Below, piece by piece: positions 10,773 through 20,093 of a stretch of DNA of 64,000 bases. The position numbers and the translations under genes are program-made. The notes under the pieces are model-generated. The model worked only from the letters and a program-made list of their open reading frames with translations. It did not search any database and was not told the DNA's origin. Origin of the DNA: Candidatus Latescibacterota bacterium (lineage in GTDB: Bacteria; Latescibacterota; UBA2968; GCA-2709665); the NCBI GenBank assembly GCA_965116875.1, contig OZ220733.1, positions 928,001 through 992,000 on the forward strand. Direction: 5' to 3'. Every line of letters starts with the position of its first letter. Within the stretch, counting starts at the first letter, position 1.

Positions 10773-11201
10773 ATGGAGAACTCGAAGATCGGTTTCAGTC
10801 ATGAACTGGTGGATAACGTCGGTGCGGGTCTCTCTTTCGCATGTGCGGTCCATTGTGTGGCGATGCCGCTTCTGGTAACGGTTCTGCCGTTGCTGGGGCT
10901 CGGGTTCCTCGCGAGCGAATCCGCGGAACGAATCATTGTCGGAGCCGTTGCGCTCGCAATGGGCAGCGTCGTCTGGGGCGTCAGGCACCACAGACGTTGG
11001 AGAGCGTTTCTCATCGTCGTAGTGGCAATCGCGTTTATCGCCATCGCCCACGTTGCGACTGAAGGCGTCTTTGAAGTCGTCCTCCATGGAACGGGCGGAA
11101 TCCTGCTTGCAGCGGCGCACCTGCTGAATCGGCATCTGTGCAAGACCTGTCCCGCATGTGGAGACGAACACACGGGTGATTCTCATTCGCCGCGTCTCTG
11201 A
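10773..11201 (+). CDS. MerC-domain membrane protein (metal transporter-like)
   Basis: D.VG..LS..CAVHC, 4 TM helices, AHLLN, Cys/His-rich tail. Confidence 0.8.
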   Translation: MENSKIGFSHELVDNVGAGLSFACAVHCVAMPLLVTVLPLLGLGFLASESAERIIVGAVALAMGSVVWGVRHHRRWRAFLIVVVAIAFIAIAHVATEGVFEVVLHGTGGILLAAAHLLNRHLCKTCPACGDEHTGDSHSPRL

Positions 11202-11315
11202 CAGACGACGTTCACCGGGTTGAATGTCCGACGACTCAACGGGACGTCGTTAGGTTCAGCCGCCGTCCCGGCCGCTTTCGAACAACCCGGCGCTCGATCC
11301 CCAATTCGATCGACG

Positions 11316-11354
11316 AAAAGAGAAAGCCCGGCAGAGATTCCGCCGGGCTCTCTC
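11316..11354 (-). terminator. Intrinsic terminator of fumC (possibly bidirectional)
   Basis: AGCCCGGC/GCCGGGCT stem followed by TTTCTCTTTT on the minus strand, between convergent genes. Confidence 0.65.
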
Positions 11355-11402
11355 GTATTCTTGAGCTGCCTTTCTATTGCGGGATGCCGCACCCCGTTGA
11401 CG

Positions 11403-12797
11403 TTACCCGCCCGGATCCGTCATCCTTTCGGGCCGGACCGCGGCATCGAACGCCTCGCCGTCCATCATTCCAAGCGCCACCGCGGATTCCCGAAGCGTGA
11501 GATTCTCGTCGAACGCTTTCTTGGCAACCTTTGCCGCGTTGTCGTATCCGATCGTGGGATTCAGCGCCGTGACGAGCATGAGCGACCGTTCCAGGTGGTT
11601 CCGGATATTCTCCCGGTTCGGCTCGATGCCCACCGCGCAGTGATCGTTGAACGCCGCACACGCATCGGCCAGCAATCGTACCGACTGCAACAGATTGTAG
11701 ACAATGAGCGGCTTGAATACGTTCAGCTCGAAATTCCCCGAGGACCCGCCCACCGCAATCGCCATATCGTTGCCGATAACCTGCCCGGCCACCATCGTCA
11801 TCGCTTCGCACTGCGTGGGGTTCACCTTGCCTGGCATGATGGAACTGCCCGGCTCGTTGGCCGGCAGCGTCAGTTCGCCGATTCCGCAGCGCGGACCCGA
11901 AGCCAGCCACCGGGTGTCGTTGGCGATTTTCATCAGCGAGCAAGCCAGCGTCTTCAGTGCGCCGCTGGTTTCCACCATCGCGTCGTGTGCGGCCAGAGAC
12001 TCGAACTTGTTGCCGGCGGATACAAACGGATGGCCGGTCAGCCCGGCAATCCGTGCGGCAACCCGGTCGGCGAATTCCGGATGCGTATTCAGCCCGGTAC
12101 CCACAGCCGTGCCGCCGAGCGCGAGCTCATTGAGATTGGCAAGGCAACGCTCAATCCGCTCCAGGCCCTTTGTCAGTTGCGTCACGTATCCCGAAAACTC
12201 CTGGCCCAGCGTCAGCGGAACGGCGTCCATCAGATGAGTACGACCGATCTTGATAATGTCCTCGAATTCGTCCGCTTTGCCTGCCAGCGTATCCCGCAGC
12301 TTCGTGACCTGGGGGATCAACCGCCTGTGGATCTCGCTTACGGCCGCGATATGCATCGCAGCGGGAAACGTGTCGTTTGAAGACTGCGCCATATTGACGT
12401 CGTCGTTCGGATGAACCGGGTCCTTGCCCCCCATCCGCCCGCCGGCAATCTGAATGGCCCGGTTGGATATGACTTCGTTGGCGTTCATATTCGTCTGCGT
12501 GCCGCTTCCCGTCTGCCAGATTCGAAGCGGAAAATGGTCGTTCAACGTACCCTCGATGACTTCGTCGGCCGCCTGCACGATGAGGTCGGCCTTATGCGGC
12601 GAGAGCTTTCCGAGTTCACGGTTGACAATCGCCGCCGCTTTTTTCAGTATGCCAAACGCCCTGATCAACTCCTGCGGCATGCGTTCTTCGCCAATATCAA
12701 AATGAATCAGCGCCCTGGCCGTCTGGGCGCCGTAATACCGGTCGTCCGGAACCTGAATCTCTCCCATGCTGTCCGTCTCAATCCTGTATCCCGCCAT
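11403..12797 (-). CDS. fumC: Class II fumarate hydratase
   Basis: [45 protein letters not shown] signature. Confidence 0.97.
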   Translation of the reverse strand: MAGYRIETDSMGEIQVPDDRYYGAQTARALIHFDIGEERMPQELIRAFGILKKAAAIVNRELGKLSPHKADLIVQAADEVIEGTLNDHFPLRIWQTGSGTQTNMNANEVISNRAIQIAGGRMGGKDPVHPNDDVNMAQSSNDTFPAAMHIAAVSEIHRRLIPQVTKLRDTLAGKADEFEDIIKIGRTHLMDAVPLTLGQEFSGYVTQLTKGLERIERCLANLNELALGGTAVGTGLNTHPEFADRVAARIAGLTGHPFVSAGNKFESLAAHDAMVETSGALKTLACSLMKIANDTRWLASGPRCGIGELTLPANEPGSSIMPGKVNPTQCEAMTMVAGQVIGNDMAIAVGGSSGNFELNVFKPLIVYNLLQSVRLLADACAAFNDHCAVGIEPNRENIRNHLERSLMLVTALNPTIGYDNAAKVAKKAFDENLTLRESAVALGMMDGEAFDAAVRPERMTDPGG

Positions 12798-12910
12798 CTC
12801 TGGATCTCCTTCACGTGCGCGCCTGTGCAAGTCTGGATATTGTGCAGCACTTCAAGATACAAAAACAGGACATTCCCGGCAACCACATCCGGTCCTTTCC
12901 TGACGAAAAA

Positions 12911-12964
12911 AAATATTATAGTATATATTATTTACTTGCTTTAAGAATTACTCTTTCTTATCTT
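12911..12964 (+). promoter_or_regulatory. AT-rich palindromic operator and promoter between divergent fumC and lysR
   Basis: AAATATTATA-GTA-TATATTATTT (9/10 inverted match, 12911-12933) next to TTGCTT-17-TATCTT. Confidence 0.5.
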
Positions 12965-13092
12965 CAATACTTCCCTGCGCACCGCGGGGCGAGACAATCC
13001 GTACGGCACCGCAACCTCTGCCGGCCTCTTGTTACGTACAGTTCGTCAACGGCAAGAAGGCCCGGCAGGAATCATCAGAAGGAGACGTTCAC

Positions 13093-14010
13093 GTGTTGAT
13101 CCAGAGCCTGAAGATCTTTTGCGACCTCATCGATACCCAGAGTTTTTCGAAGACGGCAGTCCTGAATGGCGTCACGCAGTCGGCGGTCAGCCAGCAGATC
13201 AAGAGCATTGAAAGCCGGCAGGGAAAACCGCTTCTGGAGCGTCATAAGCGAAAGATCGGGCTTACCAAGGAGGGCGAGGTGTTCTACAAGGGCGCCGGCG
13301 ACATCGTACGGCGGTACGATGAGATGTTACAACGCGTCGAAGCTCTGGACGGCGTGGTCTCGGGCACCGTTCGCCTTTCGTCCATTTACAGCGTAGGCAT
13401 GCGGGAACTCGGACCCTATCTCAAGACCTATCTCAAAGCCTTCCCGAGGGTCAACTTCCGGCTGGACTACAACCACACACCCCGCATCTACGATGACGTC
13501 GCCAGCGGCGAGATTGACTTCGGCGTGGTCGCCTTTCCCAAACCCCACCGGAACATCAAGATCATCCCCTTTTCCGAAGACAACATGGTGGTGGCGTGTC
13601 CACCCGCAAATCCGCTTGCGGCGCAGGACCACATAGACGTTAACGACATCGGCGATCATCCGCTCATCCTCTTCTCCCAGGAAACCCACACCCGGCATGC
13701 GCTGGACAGTTTCTTCCGGAGACATCGCATTCAGCCGAACATCGTGATGGAATTCGATCACATCGATACCATCAAGGATGCCGTGGAAGTGGACCTCGGC
13801 ATTTCAATCCTGCCCCAACACTCGGTAGACCTGGAACACAAGGAAGGCAGCCTGAAGGTGCTGACGATCGATGGCGACGTGCTCACCCGACCTCTGGGGA
13901 TCCTGCACAAACGCGGCCGCAGCCTGTCCGTGGCAGCGCGAAAACTCCTCGACGTACTCACCAACGGGAAAGCTCCGGTCAGCGAGTCGCAGTTACACGC
14001 CGCCGGTTAG
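13093..14010 (+). CDS. LysR family transcriptional regulator
   Basis: SFSKTA...TQSAVSQQIKSIE HTH, LTKEG, substrate-binding domain. Confidence 0.93.
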   Translation: MLIQSLKIFCDLIDTQSFSKTAVLNGVTQSAVSQQIKSIESRQGKPLLERHKRKIGLTKEGEVFYKGAGDIVRRYDEMLQRVEALDGVVSGTVRLSSIYSVGMRELGPYLKTYLKAFPRVNFRLDYNHTPRIYDDVASGEIDFGVVAFPKPHRNIKIIPFSEDNMVVACPPANPLAAQDHIDVNDIGDHPLILFSQETHTRHALDSFFRRHRIQPNIVMEFDHIDTIKDAVEVDLGISILPQHSVDLEHKEGSLKVLTIDGDVLTRPLGILHKRGRSLSVAARKLLDVLTNGKAPVSESQLHAAG

Positions 14011-14043
14011 TCCCGGATCGGTCGACGCGCCAAACCGCCATTC

Positions 14044-14742
14044 TCAACGGTCATCGCCGGCGACCATCTCCTGAATCAGGAATCGGAGGAACCGAACGCC
14101 CGTGCGGAACGAGGGCGCCTTCGATTCCCCCCCAACCCGGTTTCCCTCTCTTGTAGGAATCTCCTCGATTCGCATCCTCTGCTTCATCGCACGGATCGTC
14201 ATCTCATATTCGATCGTATACCCCGTCGATCCGGGATTGAGCTTCTGAAATGCCTCCCGCGTGATTCCGCGAAACCCGTTGATCGTATCCGTCACATAGG
14301 GTCTCCGATTCCAGATTGAATTGGCGATCCATGTAAACACCTGGTTCGTCCATTTTCTCAGCGGCAGCGAATCGTCGTCTTCTTCGTTCCTCGAGCCCGG
14401 CAGGAAGCGGGATGCGATCGCCATATCGGCGCCGTTTTCGATGGCAGCGAAAAGCCGGGGAATATCGTCCGGATCTTCATTCCCGTCGGGACTGAAGAAA
14501 ACCAGACACGCACCGCTCGACGCACGAACCGCCGCGCGAAACGCCTCGCCCCGCCCCGGACGCGGCTGGTCCACAATCCGGACGTGTCGGGATGCCAGGA
14601 CCTCCCGTGTGCCATCCGTGGACCCGCCGTCAACGGCGAACACTTCGTCGGCCATCGCGGAAAGATCGTGTCCGGCTGAAAACAGCCACCGAACGCCGGC
14701 TACCTCGTTGAGCGTCAGAAGAACAACGGTGCGTCTGGCCAT
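14044..14742 (-). CDS. Glycosyltransferase family 2 (DPM1-like)
   Basis: TLNE, VDGGSTDGT, GRGEA, SPDG, IASRF, DTINGFR. Confidence 0.88.
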   Translation of the reverse strand: MARRTVVLLTLNEVAGVRWLFSAGHDLSAMADEVFAVDGGSTDGTREVLASRHVRIVDQPRPGRGEAFRAAVRASSGACLVFFSPDGNEDPDDIPRLFAAIENGADMAIASRFLPGSRNEEDDDSLPLRKWTNQVFTWIANSIWNRRPYVTDTINGFRGITREAFQKLNPGSTGYTIEYEMTIRAMKQRMRIEEIPTREGNRVGGESKAPSFRTGVRFLRFLIQEMVAGDDR

Positions 14743-14859
14743 ATGGAACCCAAAACCGGGGAGACGTGAGACGGAAGAGGGGAGAGATTGCCTGCCTTGT
14801 GAGGATTCTTTTCGTGCCGCAGGCGAGTCGGAGGAACAGATCGGCAAGGGCTTCTTCTC

Positions 14860-15424
14860 CCGTCTACCCTCTACCGTCTTACCGCCTTTTGGCAACCTCT
14901 CCCACAGAGCTATCAGCTATTAGCAGTCAGCCAAAGGCGAAAGTCAAAAGCAACCCCTCACCACCCCGCCGACCTCTCTCCCCGGCCCTCTCTCCTAAAG
15001 GAAAGAGGGAGGAAAGGCACACGTCGCGTGCCGGTCATTGATAGACACTCCGATTGAAAGGTAATCGCTATCCGGCACATCACAAAGCCTGTAAATCAAC
15101 CCATCAACGTCCCCCCTTCCTTCAGGAAGGGGTTAGGGGGTAGGTCCAGGAGAGAGGGAGGAAAACAGGTTTCACGTGCCGGTCATCCATAGACACTCTG
15201 ATTTTCAAGGAAACGCCGCCGGTTTTCCGCTCTTCTCAGCAATCCGCTTCCATTCGATTCTTGCGAGAGTCCGATTGCAGAAGTGACAGACGTCAAAGTT
15301 ACCGCTACTTCTTCCTTCTTCCTTCTTCCTTCTTCCTTTTCCTTTTTCATTCTTCCTTTTTCATTCTTCCTTTTCCTTTTTCATTCTTCCTTTTTCATTC
15401 TTCCTTCAGGAAGGGGGTAGGTCC
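14860..15424. repeat. Intergenic cluster of short repeats (heptamer arrays, REP-like palindromes, a direct repeat)
   Basis: AGCTATC-type and TTCATTC/TTCCTTT heptamer runs; CCTCTCTCCCCGGCCCTCTCTCC..GAGGGAG; TTCCTTCAGGAAGGGG..GGTAGGTCC twice; CGTGCCGGTCAT..ATAGACACTC.GATT twice. Confidence 0.75.
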
Positions 15425-16621
15425 GCCACTGAAGAAACGTTCGAACAGCTCCACGATTCGATCCAGGTCGGATGACGTCAGATCCTGGTGGCAACCGATA
15501 TAGAACCCGCTTCCGTTGATCCATCCGGCAACGGGATAATCCGCCTCGCTGATTTCCAGCAGTTGCCGGAAGAGCGGCTGATTGGTCAGAGGAAGCATGT
15601 CTCGCGTTTCAACCCGGTTCTCTTCCAGAAAATTGACCAGCGCGTCCTTTTTCCGGTCCCTCAGGACGATCGGATACATCATGAAGGAGTGTTCGCATCC
15701 CGGTCGAATCCGGGGAAGCTGCAGAAACGCTTCGTGCCCGGACAACCTGCGGGTCAGATAAGCGGCATTCTTCCTCCTGCGGGCGATCATCTCCGGCCAA
15801 ACCTCCAGCTGCGCCAGTCCGAGGGCGGCTTCCATCTCGGTCAGCCGGAAACTGTATCCGAGACTCACGAAAGAAAATCGCCGGGAGACGATTCTTCGAA
15901 GTTCCTCCGGCGATTTCCGGTCGTCGTCGTCTATGTTCAGATACGTCGAATCCCGTCCGTGGTTGATCAGCGATCTCAGCTTTTCGGCATAATCGGGATT
16001 GTCGGTCGTATTCAGTCCGCCCACTCCGGTCGTCAGCAGGTGCGCCGCATAGGTGGAGAAACACCCGATTTCGCCGAGACTGCCGACGCTGCGACCGTTG
16101 TACGTCGCGAACATGGTCTCCGCCGAGTCTTCGATGACCCTGAGACCGTACCTCCCGGCCAGTTCGAGGACAGGGTCCATGTCGCACGGCTGTCCGAAGA
16201 CATGGACGGGAATGACCGCCCTGGTGCGAGACGTGACCGCTGCCTCGATTCTTTCCGGGTCCAGCTCGTAGTGGATCGGATCGACGTCCACAAGCACCGG
16301 GCGCATTCGCGCGTGGAAGACGATATTCGCCGTCCCCGCGAAGGTCACCGCGGGCAGAATGACTTCGTCTCCGTCATCCCATCCGTGCAATTCCTTCAAC
16401 GCCGCCAGGGCGACCAGCAGTGCGCTCGTGCCGCTATTGCTCATCACACCGAACCGGCACCCGTGCGCGCGTGCGAATCCATCCTCGAATGCCTGTGTCA
16501 TCGGACCGTAAGAAAGCCGGTTGCTGTCCAGGACCTCGTTTACCAGCGCCCTGGCGCGGGGACTGATGTTCATCGTACCAACGCCGATGACCGGCGGCCG
16601 GAGTTCACGATCTTCGGACAC
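15395..16621 (-). CDS. DegT-fold PLP enzyme with His in place of the catalytic Lys; ColD-like GDP-4-keto-6-deoxymannose 3-dehydratase candidate
   Basis: SNSGTSAL, IEDSAE, CFSTYAAHLLTTGVGG, NHGRD, LGYSFRLTEMEAALG. Start uncertain (GTG 16621 with GGAGG, or TTG 16645). Confidence 0.8.
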   Translation of the reverse strand: MSEDRELRPPVIGVGTMNISPRARALVNEVLDSNRLSYGPMTQAFEDGFARAHGCRFGVMSNSGTSALLVALAALKELHGWDDGDEVILPAVTFAGTANIVFHARMRPVLVDVDPIHYELDPERIEAAVTSRTRAVIPVHVFGQPCDMDPVLELAGRYGLRVIEDSAETMFATYNGRSVGSLGEIGCFSTYAAHLLTTGVGGLNTTDNPDYAEKLRSLINHGRDSTYLNIDDDDRKSPEELRRIVSRRFSFVSLGYSFRLTEMEAALGLAQLEVWPEMIARRRKNAAYLTRRLSGHEAFLQLPRIRPGCEHSFMMYPIVLRDRKKDALVNFLEENRVETRDMLPLTNQPLFRQLLEISEADYPVAGWINGSGFYIGCHQDLTSSDLDRIVELFERFFSGGPTPFLKEE

Positions 16622-16641
16622 CTCGAGCCCGCCTCCCGTTT

Positions 16642-17601
16642 TCAACCTGTCTGTTTACGATCCGAGTGGGTCTGCGCTTCGTACCACGAAATCATCCGCC
16701 GAAGCCCGTCATCCAGCGTTGTTGCGGCTTCGAATCCGAAATGCCGCTTCGCCCGCGAAACATCCACGCATCGCCTCGGCTGGCCGTTCGGCCTGTTCCT
16801 GTCCCAGCGGACCCGGCCGTCGAATCCCGCCAGCTTCCCAATTTTCGCGGCAAGATCGCGGATCGAGATCTCCACGCCCGATCCCAGGTTGACGGGCTCC
16901 GGCAGATCGTACAACTCCGAAGCGAGCAATATGCCCTCCGCGGCGTCCTCTACGTACAGAAACTCGCGCGTTGGCGAGCCGTCACCCCACAGGGTGACGT
17001 GGGCGCGACGCTGATTCCGGGCGTCCACGAACTTCCGCAACATGGACGCGAGCCCGTGGGATGTCTCCGGATCCAGGTTTTCTCCCGGCCCGTACAGGTT
17101 CGCCAGGAGCAGATGAATCGCGTTGTAGCCGTATTCCGCCCGGTAGGCCTGTCCCTGTACCAGCATCATTTTCTTCGCCAGGCCATAGGCCGCGTTTGTT
17201 TCTTCAGGGTACCCGTCCCACAGGTTTTCCTCCCTGAACGGTACCGGCGTGGACATCGGATACGCGCAAACCGAGCCGATACCCACGAACTTCGGTACTT
17301 CGAACCTGCGGGCCTGCTCGAGAAGATGGGCGCCCATGACCAGGTTGTCGTAAAAAAAACGGCCCGGATACCGTTGGTTGGCGCCAATGCCGCCGACGGA
17401 ACCGGCCAGGTGAATGACCAGATCGGGACGCGCGATTTCGTACATGCGCCGTACGGCATCCGGTTCACGAAGGTCGTGGTCGCTGCGGCGCGGCGCGTTT
17501 ATCCGACGACATCCCCGCTCGCGCAGTTTCCTCACCACGTACCTGCCCAGAAACCCGGCGCCGCCGGTAACCACAACGCGCCTTTCGGTCCAGAAACCCA
17601 T
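16642..17601 (-). CDS. GDP-L-fucose synthase family epimerase/reductase (Fcl/ColC-like)
   Basis: VTGGAGFLG, VGGIGAN, GSVCAYP (Cys), YGLAKK, NLYGPG, SH, WGDGSPTREFLYV. Confidence 0.9.
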   Translation of the reverse strand: MGFWTERRVVVTGGAGFLGRYVVRKLRERGCRRINAPRRSDHDLREPDAVRRMYEIARPDLVIHLAGSVGGIGANQRYPGRFFYDNLVMGAHLLEQARRFEVPKFVGIGSVCAYPMSTPVPFREENLWDGYPEETNAAYGLAKKMMLVQGQAYRAEYGYNAIHLLLANLYGPGENLDPETSHGLASMLRKFVDARNQRRAHVTLWGDGSPTREFLYVEDAAEGILLASELYDLPEPVNLGSGVEISIRDLAAKIGKLAGFDGRVRWDRNRPNGQPRRCVDVSRAKRHFGFEAATTLDDGLRRMISWYEAQTHSDRKQTG

Positions 17602-17683
17602 TTCCCGGTCCTCGTCAACTTCCTTTCGCTCCGGCCCCGAAACAGACCGCGGAAATCTGTACCACAGGTCGTCCCGGGAGGAC

Positions 17684-18616
17684 TCACGTTTCGCCCAATA
17701 GCCTCTCGGCGGCGTTGTAAGGATCGTCCGCTCCCGCGCAGACACGGGAGACGGCGCGATCCAGGCACTCCCGCTCCAGCGCGGCATTCAATCTGGATGC
17801 AAGCCGCCCCTCCACGCGCTCCCGCAATTCACGGCGGATCTGTCGCTCGCGCAAGACCGCCAATCTGTCGCCCGAATTCAAATGGCGCGAGAATGCTTCA
17901 AGCGCCTCGAAAAGCTCTTCCAGTCCCTCTCCGTGCGTACCGACAGTGCGCACAAGACGCATTTCCCAGCCGTCGAGTTCGCCCCGTGCATGCAGTGTCT
18001 CCCTCAGTTCTCCCGCCAGTCCGGTCGCCCCGGGACGGTCGGACTTGTTCAGCGCAATGACCTCCGCGATCTCCATCACGCCGGCCTTCAGCAACTGGAT
18101 TTCATCGCCGGATTCCGGCACCAGGGTCAGCACAACGGCATCCACGCAATGGGTCACGTCCACGTCGGTCTGCCCCGCCCCCGCGGTCTCCACGAGAACC
18201 AGGTCCTTTCCCATCGCTTCCATTACGCGTATCGCGTCCCGAGCCGCCCTGCACAACCCTCCCGGCAGACCTTCGTTGCCCATGCTTCGAATGAATACCG
18301 CCGGGTTTTCCGACAGTTCCTGCATCCGGATACGATCGCCCAGCAGGGCGCCGCCGGAGAACGGGCTGGCGATATCCACGGCCAGAACGCCCACGGCCCT
18401 TCCGGCTTCCACGAAGCGCTGTGCGAGACGGCCCGCAAGCGTACTCTTGCCCGCGCCCGGCGGTCCGGTGATGCCGATCCGGTATGCGCCGCCCGTTGAA
18501 GGATACAGGGCTGCCATCAGGGACGCCGGGTCGTCTTCACGTCTCTCTATGAGCGAAATGGCCCGCGCGGCGGCGCGAATATCGCCCGCGAGGACTCGCC
18601 CAGCCAGATCTCTCAT
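17684..18616 (-). CDS. meaB: Methylmalonyl-CoA mutase-associated GTPase
   Basis: GITGPPGAGKST, SPFSGGALLGDRIRM, FIRSM, VETAGAGQ, GDEIQ..KAG, NKSD. Confidence 0.93.
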   Translation of the reverse strand: MRDLAGRVLAGDIRAAARAISLIERREDDPASLMAALYPSTGGAYRIGITGPPGAGKSTLAGRLAQRFVEAGRAVGVLAVDIASPFSGGALLGDRIRMQELSENPAVFIRSMGNEGLPGGLCRAARDAIRVMEAMGKDLVLVETAGAGQTDVDVTHCVDAVVLTLVPESGDEIQLLKAGVMEIAEVIALNKSDRPGATGLAGELRETLHARGELDGWEMRLVRTVGTHGEGLEELFEALEAFSRHLNSGDRLAVLRERQIRRELRERVEGRLASRLNAALERECLDRAVSRVCAGADDPYNAAERLLGET

Positions 18617-19008
18617 TTCACGGCTTCCCGGAGGCATGCGACAATGTCGCCGGTATGGGTCCCCGGGCCCCAGAAGAATGCGAGTCCTCTGGCCTTGAGC
18701 GCTTCCCGGTCCGCCGGCGTCATGATGCCCCCGCCGACCACAAGAATTTCATCCGCGCCCCGCGCCTCCAGGAGATCCATTACTTTCGGGAAGATCGTCA
18801 GATGGGCTCCGGAGAGAGAACTGATCCCCAGCACGTCCACGTCTTCCTGGATCGCGGCGGTCACTACTTCGTCCGGCGTGCGGTGCAGGCCGGTATAAAT
18901 GACTTCCATCCCCGCATCCCGCAGCGCGCGCGCCACCACCTTGGCGCCCCGGTCGTGCCCGTCCAGACCGACCTTTGCAATCAGTATGCGAATTCTGCGA
19001 CCGGACAT
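18613..19008 (-). CDS. Cobalamin-binding subunit of an acyl-CoA mutase
   Basis: KVGLDGHDRGAKV (DxHxxG), SSLSGAH, GGGI. Confidence 0.93.
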   Translation of the reverse strand: MSGRRIRILIAKVGLDGHDRGAKVVARALRDAGMEVIYTGLHRTPDEVVTAAIQEDVDVLGISSLSGAHLTIFPKVMDLLEARGADEILVVGGGIMTPADREALKARGLAFFWGPGTHTGDIVACLREAVK

Positions 19009-19207
19009 TTCGACTCCCGAGAGGTAAAACGCGGAAACACAACGCGTCCCTGCGCCATCCCCATTCGCAATGCGAGCGGCGTATATTCCCGGATGGAGGT
19101 TCGAAGTTCCCCGTTTGCGAATCGGCGCCGCAGCCTTTATATTGATCTGAAATCTTCACGCGCACCGCCGGTGCGGCGCGCCATCTACGATATTCAGACC
19201 AGCCTGA

Positions 19208-19273
19208 TTAACAGTCCGTTGACAAAGTCGCTCTGCAGGCGAGCCCGGATGGACTTTTTCAACGGGCTGTTAA
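19208..19273. mobile_element. 58-bp MITE with 18-bp terminal inverted repeats flanked by TTAA
   Basis: TTAA-CAGTCCGTTGACAAAGTC...GACTTTTTCAACGGGCTG-TTAA (16/18 IR match); half copy at 39522. Confidence 0.7.
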
Positions 19274-19300
19274 CCCGATGTATGGAAGAAAGGCCGAAAA

Positions 19301-20074
19301 ATGGAGGTCCCGAAATACCTGGATCCCGATGCGGTTGCCGGTTTTCGCAGGAACGGATACGTCATGTCGGGCAGCCTCTTCAGCGAGGACGAAGTCCGCA
19401 TCCTGATCGACGCAGTCGAGACGGGCGAGCGGGTGACGAAGAACACCCGCGCAACTGAAGACGCATCGGGAATGCGTTCCAGGCTGTCGATCTGGCACGA
19501 ACTGGGAGACGACATCTGGACCGCGGTTTCCACGTGTCCCCGCATCGTCAACAACATCCGCATCCTGCTGGGCGAAGAGGTTGCCTTCTTCCATGGCAAG
19601 GTGATGTTCAAAGACGCCCATGAAGGGGGCGCGTGGGAGTGGCACCAGGACTACGGATACTGGTACAGCCAGGGTTTCGTCTTTCCACGGATGATCAGCG
19701 CATTTATCGCCCTGGACGAATGCACGCGGGAAAACGGCTGCCTTCGGGTCCTGCGCGGATCCCATCGCCTGGGGCGTCTGGACCACGTCAGAATCGGAAC
19801 CCAGACCGGCACGGATCCCGCAAGGATTACGGAGATCGAACCCCTGTTCGATTGCGTCAACTGCGAGATGTCACCGGGTTCGGTCCTCTTCTTCGACTGC
19901 AACCTTCTCCATTCCTCAACGCCCAATACCTCCAGCCGCCACCGGCGTTCGTTCATTATCTGTTACAATGCGCTGGGCAATCCCCAACTCGGCGAGAGAC
20001 AGACGGCCGACCCATACCCCTGTCCCGTGGGGTCCGACGACGCCATTTCCAGGTACGGAACCGAATCCGGATGA
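19301..20074 (+). CDS. Phytanoyl-CoA dioxygenase (PhyH) family Fe(II)/2OG oxygenase
   Basis: WHQDYGYW, ENGCL...GSH, LLHSS..N.S...RRS. Confidence 0.9.
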   Translation: MEVPKYLDPDAVAGFRRNGYVMSGSLFSEDEVRILIDAVETGERVTKNTRATEDASGMRSRLSIWHELGDDIWTAVSTCPRIVNNIRILLGEEVAFFHGKVMFKDAHEGGAWEWHQDYGYWYSQGFVFPRMISAFIALDECTRENGCLRVLRGSHRLGRLDHVRIGTQTGTDPARITEIEPLFDCVNCEMSPGSVLFFDCNLLHSSTPNTSSRHRRSFIICYNALGNPQLGERQTADPYPCPVGSDDAISRYGTESG

Positions 20075-20093
20075 CCCGGGTCGGGGCTCCTCA

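Noticed and set aside
15300-15405. Pyrimidine-rich run as a CRISPR array or a real Phe/Ser-rich ORF (15261-15503)
   Set aside because: Degenerate heptamer tandem repeat with no repeat-spacer structure; no cas genes in the window
17601-19008. B12 mutase module acting on NDP-sugars, because meaB precedes the fcl-like gene
   Set aside because: No catalytic mutase subunit here; split mutase genes are common, so adjacency alone is not evidence
19010-19200. Cobalamin riboswitch upstream of the B12-binding gene
   Set aside because: Could not find the conserved B12-box or AGGGAA..GGTG/GCCCCCGC elements
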